In this document: one piece after another, positions 26,031-39,270 of the stretch
Layout: each line of letters starts with the position of its first letter
How positions within the stretch are numbered: the stretch's first letter is position 1
Assembly (NCBI RefSeq): GCF_964204645.1
Contig: NC_134032.1
Coordinates: 3,558,175 to 3,622,174, forward strand
Length of the DNA: 64,000 nt
Direction: 5' to 3'
Source: Tubulanus polymorphus
Lineage: Eukaryota > Animalia > Nemertea
Made by a program: the position numbers and the translations under genes
Notes under the pieces: model-generated
Told to the model about the DNA's origin: nothing
Database searches by the model: none
The model's input: the letters and a program-made list of their open reading frames with translations, nothing else

Positions 26031-28363
26031 ATGTGAGTTTTACAGGAAGTCTTTTTGCATAGTTTCAACAGATAATTGGATATATTGAAAAAAACACCAA
26101 AATTTCATTTACAATGATAATACTAAAAACGTTCGTGCAATGTTCTTGTAGATTTCTTCTTTACTTTCAGGAAGTAACTATAGTTGAATACTACTTTTTG
26201 TTTTACAGGAATTTCATATTCTATCGTTTGTTTTACATTTGTTTGTTGTGCTCATTGTGGAAATTTGGTAAGTCTTCTCAGGTTTTGCTTTACTGTACGT
26301 CTTTTGGAGCTTCGTTCACGCAGATTTTCAACCTATCTGATCGTTGTTGTTTTAACCTAACGGGACCGCAGTCTCTGAAGTGTTGTCCGTGCACTGTTAG
26401 CCGCAAGCAGGACTCCATCCCGTTTGCCACTCACGAGTTTTATCGAATGTTCGTTTATTTAAATACGATCGAAAACTGAATTACATTGCACAGGTTATAA
26501 TACAGTGATGCAATTACAGATTGAACTTTTATTACAGATACCGTAATTTCTATCAGCGTTGAGGAAAGAAGCTTAGACCAGTTTGGCCATATGATGAAAG
26601 AATTGACAAAACGACCGGTATCAGATTTCAACGAATACGGCAACTATTGCGGGAAGGGAGGTAGTGGGCGCGTCCTTGATCAGATTGACAGGTATATAGC
26701 ACCCAACAGTGACGATGAAATTACGTTCTATGCGATGATAATACCTTGCAACAAACCTACACCAAATTTCATTCAAATGCATTTAAAGCCATTGCAATGT
26801 AAGAGACAAATACGTATATTTCGATCTATAACTTCAAAAGACAATCTTCAATGTTTAACCGGAGTTAATTACTTTTTTTGACCTTTTTACTTAACTGGAA
26901 ATTAAATTCAATATCCTTAGATCAGTTAAAGTACCAACTTAGATTTTACAGGTCCTATATTGTAAACGGTTATAGAACCAAAGCATAATTCCGCTGGCCT
27001 AATGCTGTTGGAATGCTGTAGAACCTGAATGAATTAAGACTGGTCTCAAGTTGTTAGGTTTGGTTATGGAGCCAACATTTCCTTTATTGGGTTTTAAGTT
27101 ATTAACTGGTAAAAGTACCAACGCATCTCATTAATTGTCGGTTTGTTTTATTCAATACATATATATATCATTTTATTCACAGGTAAATTGTCACATGAAA
27201 TTCAAGCTTAAAATCCCGTACTATTTTTCTAAAGGTGCTGTAAAGTGCACGATGATTGTTACGGTCGTATTAGCAACAACGAATGTAAAAGCAAGAGTTT
27301 TTGGGACATTCTGTTTACTTCAGTTTATCTGAATAGATACGCGTGGAAAATGCAAAATGGCGCGATCATTTGCGGTACGTATATCCAACCAGAGATATCT
27401 TAACGTCGATAGTGCCGATCACTTAAACCCGAATGTTGCACTTAGCGTTTTGAAATTACGTACTTTACTCAAATTCAATGTAAGATAAGTGACGACGTTT
27501 ACTCGGTACATTTGAGGAGAACATTGACACTACAATCTGCGTCCGTGTTGCAAAGATGGTACAAAATCCAACATTGAAAATAAAAGCAGCCTGAACCCTT
27601 TCGCTGGGTACTATTTGAATAATCTACGAGCAATAAATCTGTGTTTATGTTGATTTTGATTTCAAAATGAATTCATACGGTTTTTTAATGAAGAAAGACT
27701 CATCAAACTAGTATCGGTTATGATGCTAGTTGTAAGAGCTTTAAACGACGATAAAATGTTTGGTACACAAAGTTTGAACATCAAGGTAACCAGTGACTTA
27801 GATCTCGATGTTAATTTTAGTTCACGTCTTTGTTTACATAAATTAGTTTTATTATAATAGAAAACATTCTAAGCACTTTCTATGAGATAGAGCATTTCAA
27901 CGACTGTAAGACATCCGTAAAGCATACTGATGACGTTTTAGCAGCCAGGTGGCTAGTTTGTCATCTAGTCGAAATTAGGTTAATAGGTCAAGTGTCACGT
28001 GTCAGGGGACATCGCCGTTATCTATCGGATTACATCGTCACAACCCAAATGATATCGCCAGTGAAAGGGCGAAGCAGATGATATGAAATTCGACACGTCA
28101 AAAAGTGCATTGTATCGTTGAGCTAATAGATTATTCGGCGTTTGTAATTAAGCTCACGAGATCTTATGATTAATTCCATATTTAGTGCATTTTGTTTTTT
28201 ACGAAGATTCTTTTGAAGATTCTCATTTTTTCTACTAGAATCAAGAAATAACAGATGTGATATGGTACTGTGCCAATGCGACAAGAAAAAAAAATTCCAG
28301 AAAACAACAAAAAACGTATATGCGAAGAGATGCGTAATAAGACTGATCAATCAAAGGGGATGA
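26031..28363 (+). CDS. Secreted phospholipase A2 (group I/II-like), ~159 aa; coding exons 26031-26032, 26209-26267, 26538-26691, 27235-27374, 28239-28363
   Basis: GT-AG junctions with compatible phases give M|NFIFYRLFYICLLCSLWKF|DTVIS..RSLDQFGHMM..YGNYCGKGGSG..DQID|RCCKVHDDCY..IIC|ESRNNRCDMVLCQCDK. Calcium loop, His-Asp and second Asp are present. aataaa at ~28441. Confidence 0.85.
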
Positions 28364-28508
28364 CTACACTACTACATTTATGATATGACTTGCGGATGAT
28401 ATCGAAACTACAAAATAGAAAATAGAGAGGTAACCACCAAATAAATAAGATCATTTCAGCGCTCCCCGGTCCGTACCACAAATGTATAGCACGCGGTTAT
28501 CTAAATGG

Positions 28509-28817
28509 TATGGTGGCTGATTCGGGCCATACAAAAAAAAGATTTCTGTACGGCTAAAGCAACGATAAAAAAATTTTCACATTGGCCCGTTTTTTGGTTT
28601 TCTCGCGCGAGAATTCGGGAACTTTGGTTTTTATCCAGCTTCTAGCCAGTCAGAAAAAATTTCCAAACAGAAATGTTTAGTTTTCTCGTGCGAGAAAACC
28701 AAAAGTTTTGAATTCTCGCGCGAGAAAACCAAAAAACGGGCCATTGTGGAAATGTTTTTATTGTTTGCTCTAGCCGTAAAGAAAAATTTTTTAGTATGGC
28801 CCGAATCAGCCACCATA
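28509..28817. mobile_element. IS3EU-like MITE with long TIRs and 6-bp TSD
   Basis: Termini tatggtggctgattcgggccatac...gtatggcccgaatcagccaccata, ~110-bp imperfect arms, TSD aaatgg on both sides. Confidence 0.85.
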
Positions 28818-30639
28818 AAATGGCGAGACAAATTATTGCGATTTATATCAGAACTATATCATTATATTTGCGATGGTCGCGCGTCAAACTATACGCATAA
28901 GCAGGTATATATCTTTTTTCACTTGACAAATTCTTGAAAAACATTGAAAAAAAAATTTAGTATATAAGTTACGACCTATGATCTGTCTGATAGAAAAAAG
29001 GTATCTCTTATTAGCCGTAAATTAGTCAGTCATTCATTTATCCTTCACATTGTGCGTATAGTTCACATACCACCCGCGGTGGCTCTATTTATGATGTTAT
29101 CTTTGACGATCAACACAAGCACATGCGCGCGCTAGTTCGCGTAGCCTATGTGCGTAGCCTATGAAATAAACATCGTTTGTCACTGACCGACAGCACCACT
29201 CACTAATATACGTTTATCGTGTCATATATAAGAGTAGCAACAATATCAGGAGTTCGAAAACGATGTAATGCCCCTATGAAATGCCTAGTGAAATGACTGG
29301 AAGCCGTTAGCGTTTGGCAGAGATGACGTCAGAACGCGCACCTACTAAACAAAAGCAATGACAGTGACCACGTGCTGAAAAATTGCCGATTTAAAAGTCT
29401 AATTTTTCGGTAATAGCTTGACTAAAACTCAAAAGTCGCATATTTGATATATTTTACATTTGAAAATAACTTTTCCACAATATTCTATTTTGATGGCAGT
29501 TGATTTTAAACCCGTTAAACATGTTTATGGATTGGAATACGAATTTTGGAAATGGTAACCCAACCAAAAATGTGTAGGTCCGAACCTACATTAGGTGCTC
29601 GCCCTCTTTGAGTCCAGGTATCATATTATTTACAATACAGATGGTAATTAGCTGAATTTATAGTATTAACTGAATTTATAGTATTAACTGATATTCCGTA
29701 GAATGAGCGTATATGCAATACGTATACAGCGTTTTGTGCACAAAATTGATTTGCAATTCAATTGTTTACTGAAATCTATCGTTCTACATACTTTCAATGT
29801 GATTGAACTGTGAGATCTAATAAAAACCATGTCACTATAACAATTTATATCTAATCTGGACCGAATTCCACGTTCTTGAAATATATATGTAACTGCATAT
29901 TGAAACAGATCTCTATAGAATATAATCAAGAGTTGTGTAACCAGGAGAACTTTTCAATCATATCAGCTTATTTACTTACAAGAACAACCGTGCAAACATA
30001 AAACACAGGTTCAAATCTCAAACAATGAGAACAAATCTGCTTCAAAATCACGAGGAAATCAAATAAACAGAAAACCCGTGATCCTATTCATTTTCAATTT
30101 CTAGTTTTTTATACAGCGCGATCTGAATCTAGCTACATTTAAAACCTCGATATTATTTTGGGTTTATTGAATTAAACATTTTTAAAACTTCATTTTTCAA
30201 AAGTCGACCTATAAAATGTGGCCATCTGAAAATAAACATCACCGCCTTTGAAAGAAATGCCTTGTTCAGGGGGGTCCACCTCCGATTCGTGACTTTGGAA
30301 TATAACGTGATTGAGCGTCATTTTGGGCTGTGCTCTCGCTTATCTTACTTTTGGAACAATTTCGTTTGAGGTAAGTGTGTTACTAGAACGCGTGTTGAAG
30401 ATAACTTTTTTAAACAAAAACTTTTTGATGTTACTTCAATCGCGTGGACCGAAACAACAGCCGACGTGGTTATATCAATATATCACGTGACAGACGCGTG
30501 GTTGAATATTGGTCCGTGAAAATTCAATTTTACCACATTTCAGTGTCTTAGTAGAAGACACGGAGCAGTAGTGTCCGTACATTTTTCACACAGTTTTGTC
30601 ATATCAAGAGGTATGTTGTTTAGATATTTTCAATGTCGA

Positions 30640-31160
30640 GAGCTGTGAACTGTCCAATAGTGGGTGAACTGCCCGATAACGGCTGACGGCTTGCGGGCTG
30701 TTTGACAGCTATCAGCTGTCTGACAGCTAGTGGACTGTCTGATAGTTAGTCAACTGTCTGGTAGCTAGTAAAATGTTTGACAGCTGTCTGGCAGCCAGGG
30801 AGTTGTCTGATAATTAGGGAACTGTCCGATAGCTAGTGAGCTCTTTGATAGCTAACATGTACTGTATGATATCGCGCGAACTGTGTGATAGCTAGCGAGC
30901 TGTATGGTAGCTAATAGGCTGTCAGACAGCTGGTGGCCTGTCTGACAGCTAGTGAACTGTCTGACGGGTTGTGTCCTGTCTGATAGCTAGCGAGCTGTAT
31001 GGCAGCTAATGGGCTGTCAGATAGCTGGTGACCTGTCTGACAGCTAGTGAACTGTCTGACGGGTTGTGTCCTGTCTGATAGCTAGTGAGCTGTTCGACAG
31101 CTGTTAGCTGTCCGATAACTAGTGTGCTGTCTCATTGCTAGTCAACTGTCTGACAACTAG
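30640..31160. repeat. Degenerate ~20-bp minisatellite (ctgtctgacagctag-type) with a 95-bp higher-order duplication
   Basis: Repeated ctgtc/gatagctag motifs; the block at 30887 recurs at 30982. Confidence 0.8.
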
Positions 31161-31224
31161 TAGCTAGATACTAGATGTTGAGTAGATATTAACTCAGGTT
31201 TTGATTCGAATTCTGTAACGCCGA

Positions 31225-31495
31225 CAGAAGCGACCGATAGAGAAGTTCTATCAGTAAACCTGATAGAAGCGACCGGTAGAGGGTTTGTAATCTGTATACC
31301 TGATAGAAGCGGCCGGTAGAGAATTTGTAATCTGTAAACCTGATAGAAGCTGTCGGTAGAGAGTTTGTAATCTGCAAACCTGATTGAAGCGGTCGGTAGA
31401 GAGTTTGTATTCTGTAAACCGAATAGAAGCGGCCGGTAGACAGTTTGCAATCTGCAAACCTGATATAGAAGAGGCCGGTAGAGAGTTTGCAATCC
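31225..31495. repeat. ~40-bp minisatellite, ~7 copies (copy 1 of a duplicated intron-exon unit)
   Basis: Unit tctgtaaacctgatagaagcggtcggtagagagtttgtaa. Confidence 0.9.
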
Positions 31496-31729
31496 GGAAT
31501 TTCTATTCCTAAACCGCAAAACGTTCAATCGAAATCTGCCTCACGTGTGAATAATACACACGAATTGTTTCAGTATTTAATGATCAGCAACATGGGAAAC
31601 TTGAGTCTGAATATGAGTAGAGGTTAATTGTGAAAATACTGGACAAAACAATTGATAGGTCAGTAGAATGTCTGCACTGTTAGAGATAGAATGACGTAAT
31701 TCTAAATTCAGTTTTTCAGTGCAAGTACG

Positions 31730-31850
31730 ATGGCGGAGAGAAATCCAGAAATAAATGTAGACAATTCCAAAATAAGGATAGACGGTGAAAATAATAAGAC
31801 GACAATATCGTCAAGTTTCGAAGGCATCAGCAGACCTGCTGAGAATCTAG
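31730..31850 (+). CDS. Exon encoding a degenerate RHIM-like repeat (MAERNPEINVDNSKIRIDGENNKTTI..)
   Basis: Acceptor ttttcag|31720, ATG at 31730, donor ag|gtaatt at 31851. Paralogous to the exon at 37684-37875. Confidence 0.55.
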
Positions 31851-31864
31851 GTAATTATAGATTT

Positions 31865-34800
31865 ATGAATGAATGAATTTATTTGCAAAATAAATTGTTA
31901 CAAAAAATATCGACACAATATACATTATATTCAGAGTAACAATATATAGTGCGAGGAGTAAGGAGAAGTCAAAAGTTGACTTATACGAGTCCTTACCCCT
32001 CGGTCAACAATCACACTCGCAAACACTCATCACTTACACACACACGCACATTCGTTACAAGGATCACCCTTTACATATCTAAACAGATAAAATGGCGGCC
32101 ATGTTGCGGGCATCAGTATTTTGCGACCAAGTAATTGGTAAAGCATTTCTTAAAGTTAGGGCGTGATATCGAAGATTTGAGTTTTCTGGGAAGGGAGTTC
32201 CAGGATCTTGTACCTTGAATTTTTAATGATTTCATTCTAAAGTTAGATTTCGCATATTCCATTTTAAATTTAGTGGGCGACGAGAAGGTCGCCCTGTCAT
32301 GGAGTTTTGAAAACAGTAAAATTCATTGAAAATTGATGGTAAGTTTTGATTAATTTGACTAAAGAGAAAATTGCACAACTGAAATTGGTATATGTCGTAT
32401 AGCTTTAAGATTTCTAATTTCTTGAAAATTGGAGATGTATGCGCTAGCCAAAAAGAATGTGTTATTATCCGAATTGCTTTCTTTTGGAGACGAAATAAGG
32501 GTTCCAAGTAAATATTACATGAATAACCCCAGATTAAAGTTGCATATGCAAGATGTGGATTGACAAAACAATAATATAAATTTTTAAGAACACCAAAAGG
32601 AAGAACATGTTTAAGCCTATTAATGATTCCAATTCCCCGGGAAACCTTTCGAGAGATGTATTGAATATGGTCCCGCCATGTCAGTCTCTGGTCAAAAATT
32701 ACACCTAAAAATTTTATACTATCTACACGCGAAACTCTTTGTCCATCGAAGAAAAGATTAATTTGACCTAGACACTTATAACCAAAGACAATAAAATGAG
32801 TTTTAATAGTGTTCACAGAGAGCCTATTTGCTCGAAACCACTGAATAAGTTTCTTCAGCTGAGAATCTAAAACTTGCTCTAGTTTCTTGGGGTCCTTATC
32901 GCTGATGAAAAAATTACTATCATCAGCGAAAAGAATTGACTCTAGGAGTTTACAAGAAGAGGGGCAATCATTGATGTATAATAGAAAAAGCAGAGGACCT
33001 AGGATTGAGCCTCGAGGAACTCCGAAAGTTATATTTCTAGTTGGAGATAAGGAGTTATTATATTTAACACATTGTTTACGGTCTTCTAGGTAATTTCGAA
33101 ATTATTGTAGAGGTGGTTCACGAATTCCATAATTTTCCAATTTTGAAATTAAAATATTTTGATTGATTGTGTCAAAAGCCTTTGACAAATCAACGAAGAC
33201 ACCAATTGTGACTTTGCCATTTTCAAGATAATCAGTTATCTTATCAATGATAAATGCTAAGGCTGAGGCAGTGGATCTATTTTTCCTGAAACCAAATTGA
33301 CGATCTGATAAAATATTGAAATTTTCAAGGAATGCCTGGAGTCTATTATATACGAGTTTCTCTATTATCTTAGATATAGCGGGAAGGACAGAAATAGGTC
33401 GATAGTTAGTGAACTGTGATTTATCGCCACTTTTAAAAATAGGTGTTACGTGAGCGATCTTAAATATGCTAGGAACAATACCCGTAAGAAAGCTATTATT
33501 TAAAAATATGACAAAGGGGTTGTGAAATAACTTGAATTATTGATTTCAATAGTTTAGTGCTGATTTGATTACAACCACTGGATAGTTTATTTTTAAAGCC
33601 ATGCACAATCAATTCAATTTCATTGGCTGTCGTCGGTGACAGAAAAAAGTTTATATGATTTCGTTCCTCTAAATAATCTTTAAAATGTTTATCGGAGGGC
33701 GGTATTTTTGATTCTAAGGAGTCGGCAATATTAACAAAATAGTCGTTAAAACCACTGGCTATATCATAATCTGTTGAAATTACTTTGTCTTTATGTACAA
33801 ATTGAGAATGGGGTTTCTGTTTATTGAGTAAGTTATTAACCTGTTTCCACGTTTCTTTAGTATCTGATTTACAGGAAGCGAATACATTCTGATAATACAC
33901 TTGCCTACATTTCTTTAAAATCGAATTGAGCTTATTTCGATAAGTACAATATTTATCCTTACATTCCTGGGATTTTTTACGTAAATATTCTTTATACAGT
34001 TTTTCTTTCTGTTTGATAGAACGTCGAATACCACAGGTTAACCACGGTTTACTATTTTTCTCCACGCCAGGAGTTACATACTTAAAAGGGAAACAGATTT
34101 CAAAATAATTATCAACAATGTTATAGTACTCCTTACATGAGACTTCTGGGTCATTGCTATTGTACATCTTTTGCCAGTCGCATGATAATAAACAGCGCGT
34201 GAAGCGTTCCGTGGTCCGAGGATTAATATCTCGGATTTTGATCCGCGGTGGTTTAGTATCATGAGACTCGTACAAACCGTGAACAAAAGTATAAATAGGA
34301 TAATGGTCAGTTATTTCCGCCAAAAATACACCGCTAGTAAAACTGTAATTATCAAAAAAGTTTACTAAAATATTGTCAATTACGGTTGACGAGTGGTCAG
34401 TGACACGAGTAGGGATATTAATTAATGGCATAAATGAATTAGAAATAGCCTCATCCATAAAAAAAGCGTCACACTGACCATTCGCACCGTAATTTCCAAA
34501 ATCAATGTTATAGTCACCCAAAATTAAGACATCTAATTTCTCTCTATTAACGCGTTCAGTAAATGACTGAAATTCTTTGATGAAATTAGCTATATCACTA
34601 TCAGGAGCACGATGAATAACTCCGACGATAATGCTTATCGGTTTAAGAGGGACTTCTATAAACAAAGATTCTGCCACCTCCTTTATCGTATCTACTGCGG
34701 AATAAACTTGAATAATTCGGCAAATGATAATGAATCGTTTTGACAATTGTCATCAGTCCATGTTTCTGACAGACTGACAATTGAAAAATTATAATTCAAA

Positions 34801-36800
34801 GTTTGGAGATAATCGGAAAATGAATCAAAATTTTTATTTGCACTTCGCATGAAAAAAACTGAGAGGTGAATCTTTGCCATCATGATTTAGTAAATTCACA
34901 TCAAATCATAGGAGCATTTGTATTCACAGTTAAGTATAACGCCATCCATTTTCACAAAAGTGTGAATGAATATAAAGAACACAAATATCTAAGTCACGTA
35001 TTATTTCATTTGGATGTTTGCGCATTGAAATTTCAATGAATAAAGACCCAAATGTAGTAGACATATATAATACTACGCTATAGTTTTTAAATTGTGTACA
35101 GGTTTTAGTTAAACCTATAATTGAAGACTGACTTCCATAGACATTGAGACAATCATAATTATTTTTTATATTTCTCACAGTGTGAGAAAGAAAAGAGAAA
35201 TTCACCACGTCGAGGAGCAAAACGATCGAAATGACATAAACACAAGTATTGACTATGTCCGGTATATTCAAGTCACTCATCCTACTCTACGTTTACGTTT
35301 GGTTTTTTTTAACGTTTTTTCAGCCGAAGGAGGCGTTGATGTTAAAGATCGCTCTTTGCGTTTGAGTTTATTTCCAGAACCTGGAGTTTGAAAAACATCA
35401 AGATCATGATCGTGATCTCCAGTGCCGTCAATCGCTTCGCAAAAGTTTTTAATCAGCGCCAGTTTTCCAGTCTCGTTCAGATGAACACCACTTTTATCTG
35501 GTGGCGAGTAAAAACGCTCCTGCGCCTTTTGCCGAAGCAAGGTGAAATTGTTAATGAAACAAATGTTTCGTTTTGTGCATAGTTTTTCCATATAACTGTT
35601 AACCCCCTTTGCAGCGTTATTGAATGCCTTTACAGCTGTTGTCGCCTCCCTTTTTGGTATTATACTGGATAAATAAACATTTGGGTAATGTTCTGTAGTC
35701 TTAGCTAGAGCTAAAGACAAATTCATTTTAACTGTGTCAGTGTCATTCTTGTTGTTATTTACATCGTTGCAACCCAAGTGTAAAATAACGTCACTAATTG
35801 ACGCCGTATCCGGAACCGCGGAATCAGCTTTAGTCAGTAGTGACGATATTTTATCGCTGGTTGCGCCTGGTTGGTAAATAACAACACCTGTTGGGATATC
35901 ACATTCCCGAAGGTTTGAGTCCCCGATTACGACAATTTTGGTTGTAGGTGCCTCTCTTCGGGCTTCTTCGCATCATTGGTTTCGGCTTTTCCAGGTTCAA
36001 TATCACGCTGCATGACTAGCGGACAATCACACCTTATATGATCCGCTGATTTACATTCATGGCACAATCGGTTATTAAAACGGTTTGGACAGTCAAACGA
36101 TTTATGATCACTGTTCATGCCCATAGACATACAACGCCGGCAGTAACTATCACAGAACAAGCGCACTGAAAAATCCCCAATTTTCGTGTAGTTGGGCATC
36201 ACGGTTTTAATATTATTTAACTGCAAATATCTAGTTCCAGTGAATATAGAAGTTCCTTTGATGACACCCTTTTTATAGAACCGCTAACATAGTCTCCGAA
36301 CTGAGATATTCAAGTTACGATTGTTCTATCATCCATTTCGATAGGAGCGTCTACGACTTTAATATTAATCACATTCACATCAACGTCCGTAAATCTAACG
36401 TTAGTTTTCAGCACCTGGAAGGTCTCGTCGGACAGTGTAGATTTCGTATCATTATCTGTAGCAGTCACTATACAATAAGAGTTAGTAAGTTGAACTGAAA
36501 GAATCTTACTCACATCGACATTCGACTTGAGACCATCTACAACATCCAAATGAGACAATTTTCCTTTACCAAACTGTCTCAAATCAACCAGTGTTCAGTT
36601 GTACAGGTGTGACTTGAGTCCAAATGTGATCTGAAATAATTAACTAGGCAATAAAAAGGAACGTCGTCTCTGTAGATTCTGAAGTAAAGAATGGACCCCC
36701 TCACCGGATTGTTTTTAATTCTTGAATGAATATTAAACGACTAATGGTCCAGTGGCCCACCAAACTGTGCTAGGTAAAAATCTGCTACGCTGTCTCAACA
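31865..36800 (-). mobile_element. Near full-length L2/Crack-like LINE, degraded: ORF1 (RRM-like + CCHC + SGNH esterase) and ORF2 (APE endonuclease + RT)
   Basis: ORF2 motifs LSETW, ILGDYNID, PTRVT..IDNI, TDHYP, PRGSILGPLLF, LFADD, HTSPIFKKL. ORF1 motifs CHECKSADHIRCDC, IGDSN, LHLGCND, DKSGVHL. 3' tail aataaa(ttca)n at ~31865-31880. The 5' end is approximate. Confidence 0.85.
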
Positions 36801-37179
36801 ATTCATAGAAGAAAAATGTTTGTTTGTTTATGTGAATTTTAGATGCAACAAATGTTCGCAATTTTTATTGAACCCGAGAGAGAGTGACATGAAATAACTA
36901 AAACTACCAGGATACGTGCGTACAGTCTTTACATCGATTTGTTATTTAATATGTAAGCTTGAGTCACATTGTTTTTAAGACTGTAATCTCAGCGGACTAT
37001 TGTGTTCACTTATCGTCCGTCTTCCATGGACGGAATCCTCGATGGATATGATATTTGGTTTGTACAATATAAGTGCATCTTCCCGGGATGAATCGAAGGA
37101 ACATCCCTCTATTTGTATTATTTGTGTTTTGAGCTAGTTTAGGTTTACGGAATTATTGATTAGTTTTTAGGTTTTCATA

Positions 37180-37465
37180 TCTGTAAACCTGATAGAAGCG
37201 GCAGGCAGAGAGAGTTTGTTATCTGTAAACCTGATAGAAGAGGTCAGTAGAGAGTTTTTAATCTGTAAACCTGATAGAAGCGGTAGGTAGAAAGTTTGTT
37301 ATGTGTAAACCAGATAGAAGCAGTCGGTAGAGAGTTTGCAATCTGTAAACCCTATAGAAGCGGTCGGTAGAGAGTTTGCAATCTGTAAACCTGATAGAAT
37401 CGGTCGGTAGATAGTTTGCAATCTGTGAACCTGATACAAGCGGTCGGTAGATAATTTGTTATCCG
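37180..37465. repeat. ~40-bp minisatellite, ~7 copies (copy 2 of the duplicated unit)
   Basis: Same unit as 31225-31495 and followed by the same flanking intron sequence. Confidence 0.9.
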
Positions 37466-37683
37466 AAACTTCTATTCCTAAACCGCAATCCATTCAACCG
37501 AAATCTGCCCAATAGGTAAATGATAAACCACACGAATTGTTTCAACATGGAAAACCTGAGTGATTATGAATAGAGGCTAATTGTGAAAATACTCTGGACA
37601 TAACTGGTCAGGGCAATACCTTACTATAAGATGATTAAGACTTATTGCGATGAAATGACTGCATTCTAAATTCGGCTTTTCAG

Positions 37684-37875
37684 TACATGGGACCATGGCA
37701 CAGAGAAATCCAGAAATAAATGTAGAACATTCTGAAAATGTTCAAATCGGTGACAATGTGGCGGAGAGAAATCCACGGATAAATGTAGACCATTCTGAAA
37801 TGAGTGTAGGCGGTTCCTATAATGAGACGAACATATCTTCAACTTTCGGAGGCGTCGGCACCTCTGAGAACTCAG
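37684..37875 (+). CDS. Exon encoding a RHIM-like motif (INVEHSENVQIGDN) plus a second degenerate repeat
   Basis: Acceptor ttttcag|37684, ATG at 37695, donor cag|gtagaa at 37876. VQIG core in an N/S-rich context matches the RHIM consensus (I/V)Q(I/V)G. Confidence 0.6.
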
Positions 37876-38061
37876 GTAGAATTATAGATTGTAACCACCA
37901 GGGCTATCAGGGGTTGATTGTATTTGGACTCTTTTGTAATTCTTATTGTGAGCATGGTCGCAAATCTGGCCCATCGACTGTTGCTACCTTGTTGTAAATT
38001 GACGAGAGACTAGGTAGGGTCTAACCATCGGTTTTCGGGCCCTAAAAGCGGGTGCTTGGAT

Positions 38062-38093
38062 CATGGACGTATAAACTAGTTTATACGTCCATG
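38062..38093. mobile_element. Perfect 32-bp palindrome, same mini-element family as 1898-1931
   Basis: catggacgtataaactagtttatacgtccatg; flanks cttggat/ctgagat match at 5 of 7 positions (possible decayed TSD). Confidence 0.7.
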
Positions 38094-39270
38094 CTGAGAT
38101 CAACTTTCAGATCTTGAAAACAACTAATACCTATAAACATTGGTCTGAGTAAAATATTCGAGAGAAACATCCTAGTTGATTCAATCAAATCATATCACAA
38201 GTAATTTAAAATCGTGAATGGGGATGAATCTAGGAGCTATAGGTTGCGAGCCTTGTGGCAAAGGACAATAGCACTTTATTGAAAAGGTACTTCCAAAGGG
38301 TTGATATTTTACTACATTTAATTAACTAAGACAATCTCCAATGAACTGCAAAACCATTGAACTGCAAAAAGTTTTGATCCCCAGAAATAATTTCTTGACA
38401 GATTCTTAGGAGAAAAACAACTCGTCTGTATCTTTCATTGGCGATGAGTAGCACATTTTGAAAAGTATAAAAGAGCCTTTGTTACAAATTCATTTTCATA
38501 ACGGAATTCTATGAAGAGCAGCCATTTACAGTGCTCGTGAACCTTCTTCAACGTTTAGGCTAATTTGTAGTTACTTTTTCCATTTTTCAAATGAACCGAT
38601 ACCTATCCCCGCCTTTTTTCAAATTGCTCCAACTTTCCAGTTGCATTAGCATTAATTCGGTATCATATTTCACTGATATCCCTGAAATTCCACCCGTTAC
38701 TGGAATGCTCAGCAGATGAAAAGTGAAAAGGGAAATTCAGAATATGAGGGTCTTGTTCAGGATATCCCTTGGGACAAAAGTTGTTTTTCCGTCCAAAGTT
38801 GAATTCAATTACAATTACAATTGGTTAATCTAGTCCAGAATTATGCAATTGCACAAAGCAGAAAATTATTTTACAACATACCTCGCAGCATTCAATTAAC
38901 ATTAAATTTGAATTTAAAAAATTGTGCAACTTATTGGGGAATCTCCAATAGCGTTCCGGGATGTATCTAGCTCTGAATTCCGGGAAGGACGGGCAGACGG
39001 GTAAAACGTGATATTCATTCCCTACCGCCTCTAAATCACACTTTTGGCACAGCCTATCGACACGGGCGATTCCCGCCTCTACCAGAATTCCACCGGTAGC
39101 CTTTGATTGAGCATCTAAATCTACATAAAGTGGGTGCTAAAATCAAGCTGTTTTCAGCGATGCCTCAACAAATATTTTTTTATTGTACAACCTTTCTTTT
39201 AAACAATAGGAAAAACTGTGACCGAATCAGCCATCATAGAAAACATCCGAAACTGATTTCATTATTTCAG

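Noticed and set aside
25968-26032. Alternative, mutually exclusive signal-peptide exon for PLA2 (FISSLVLAVAVIVCS)
   Set aside because: The split AT|G start explains the junction more simply and no convincing upstream start exon was found. Not fully excluded.
31157-31528. Repetitive ORFs on the minus strand (also 37299-37493)
   Set aside because: Artefacts of the 40-bp minisatellite.
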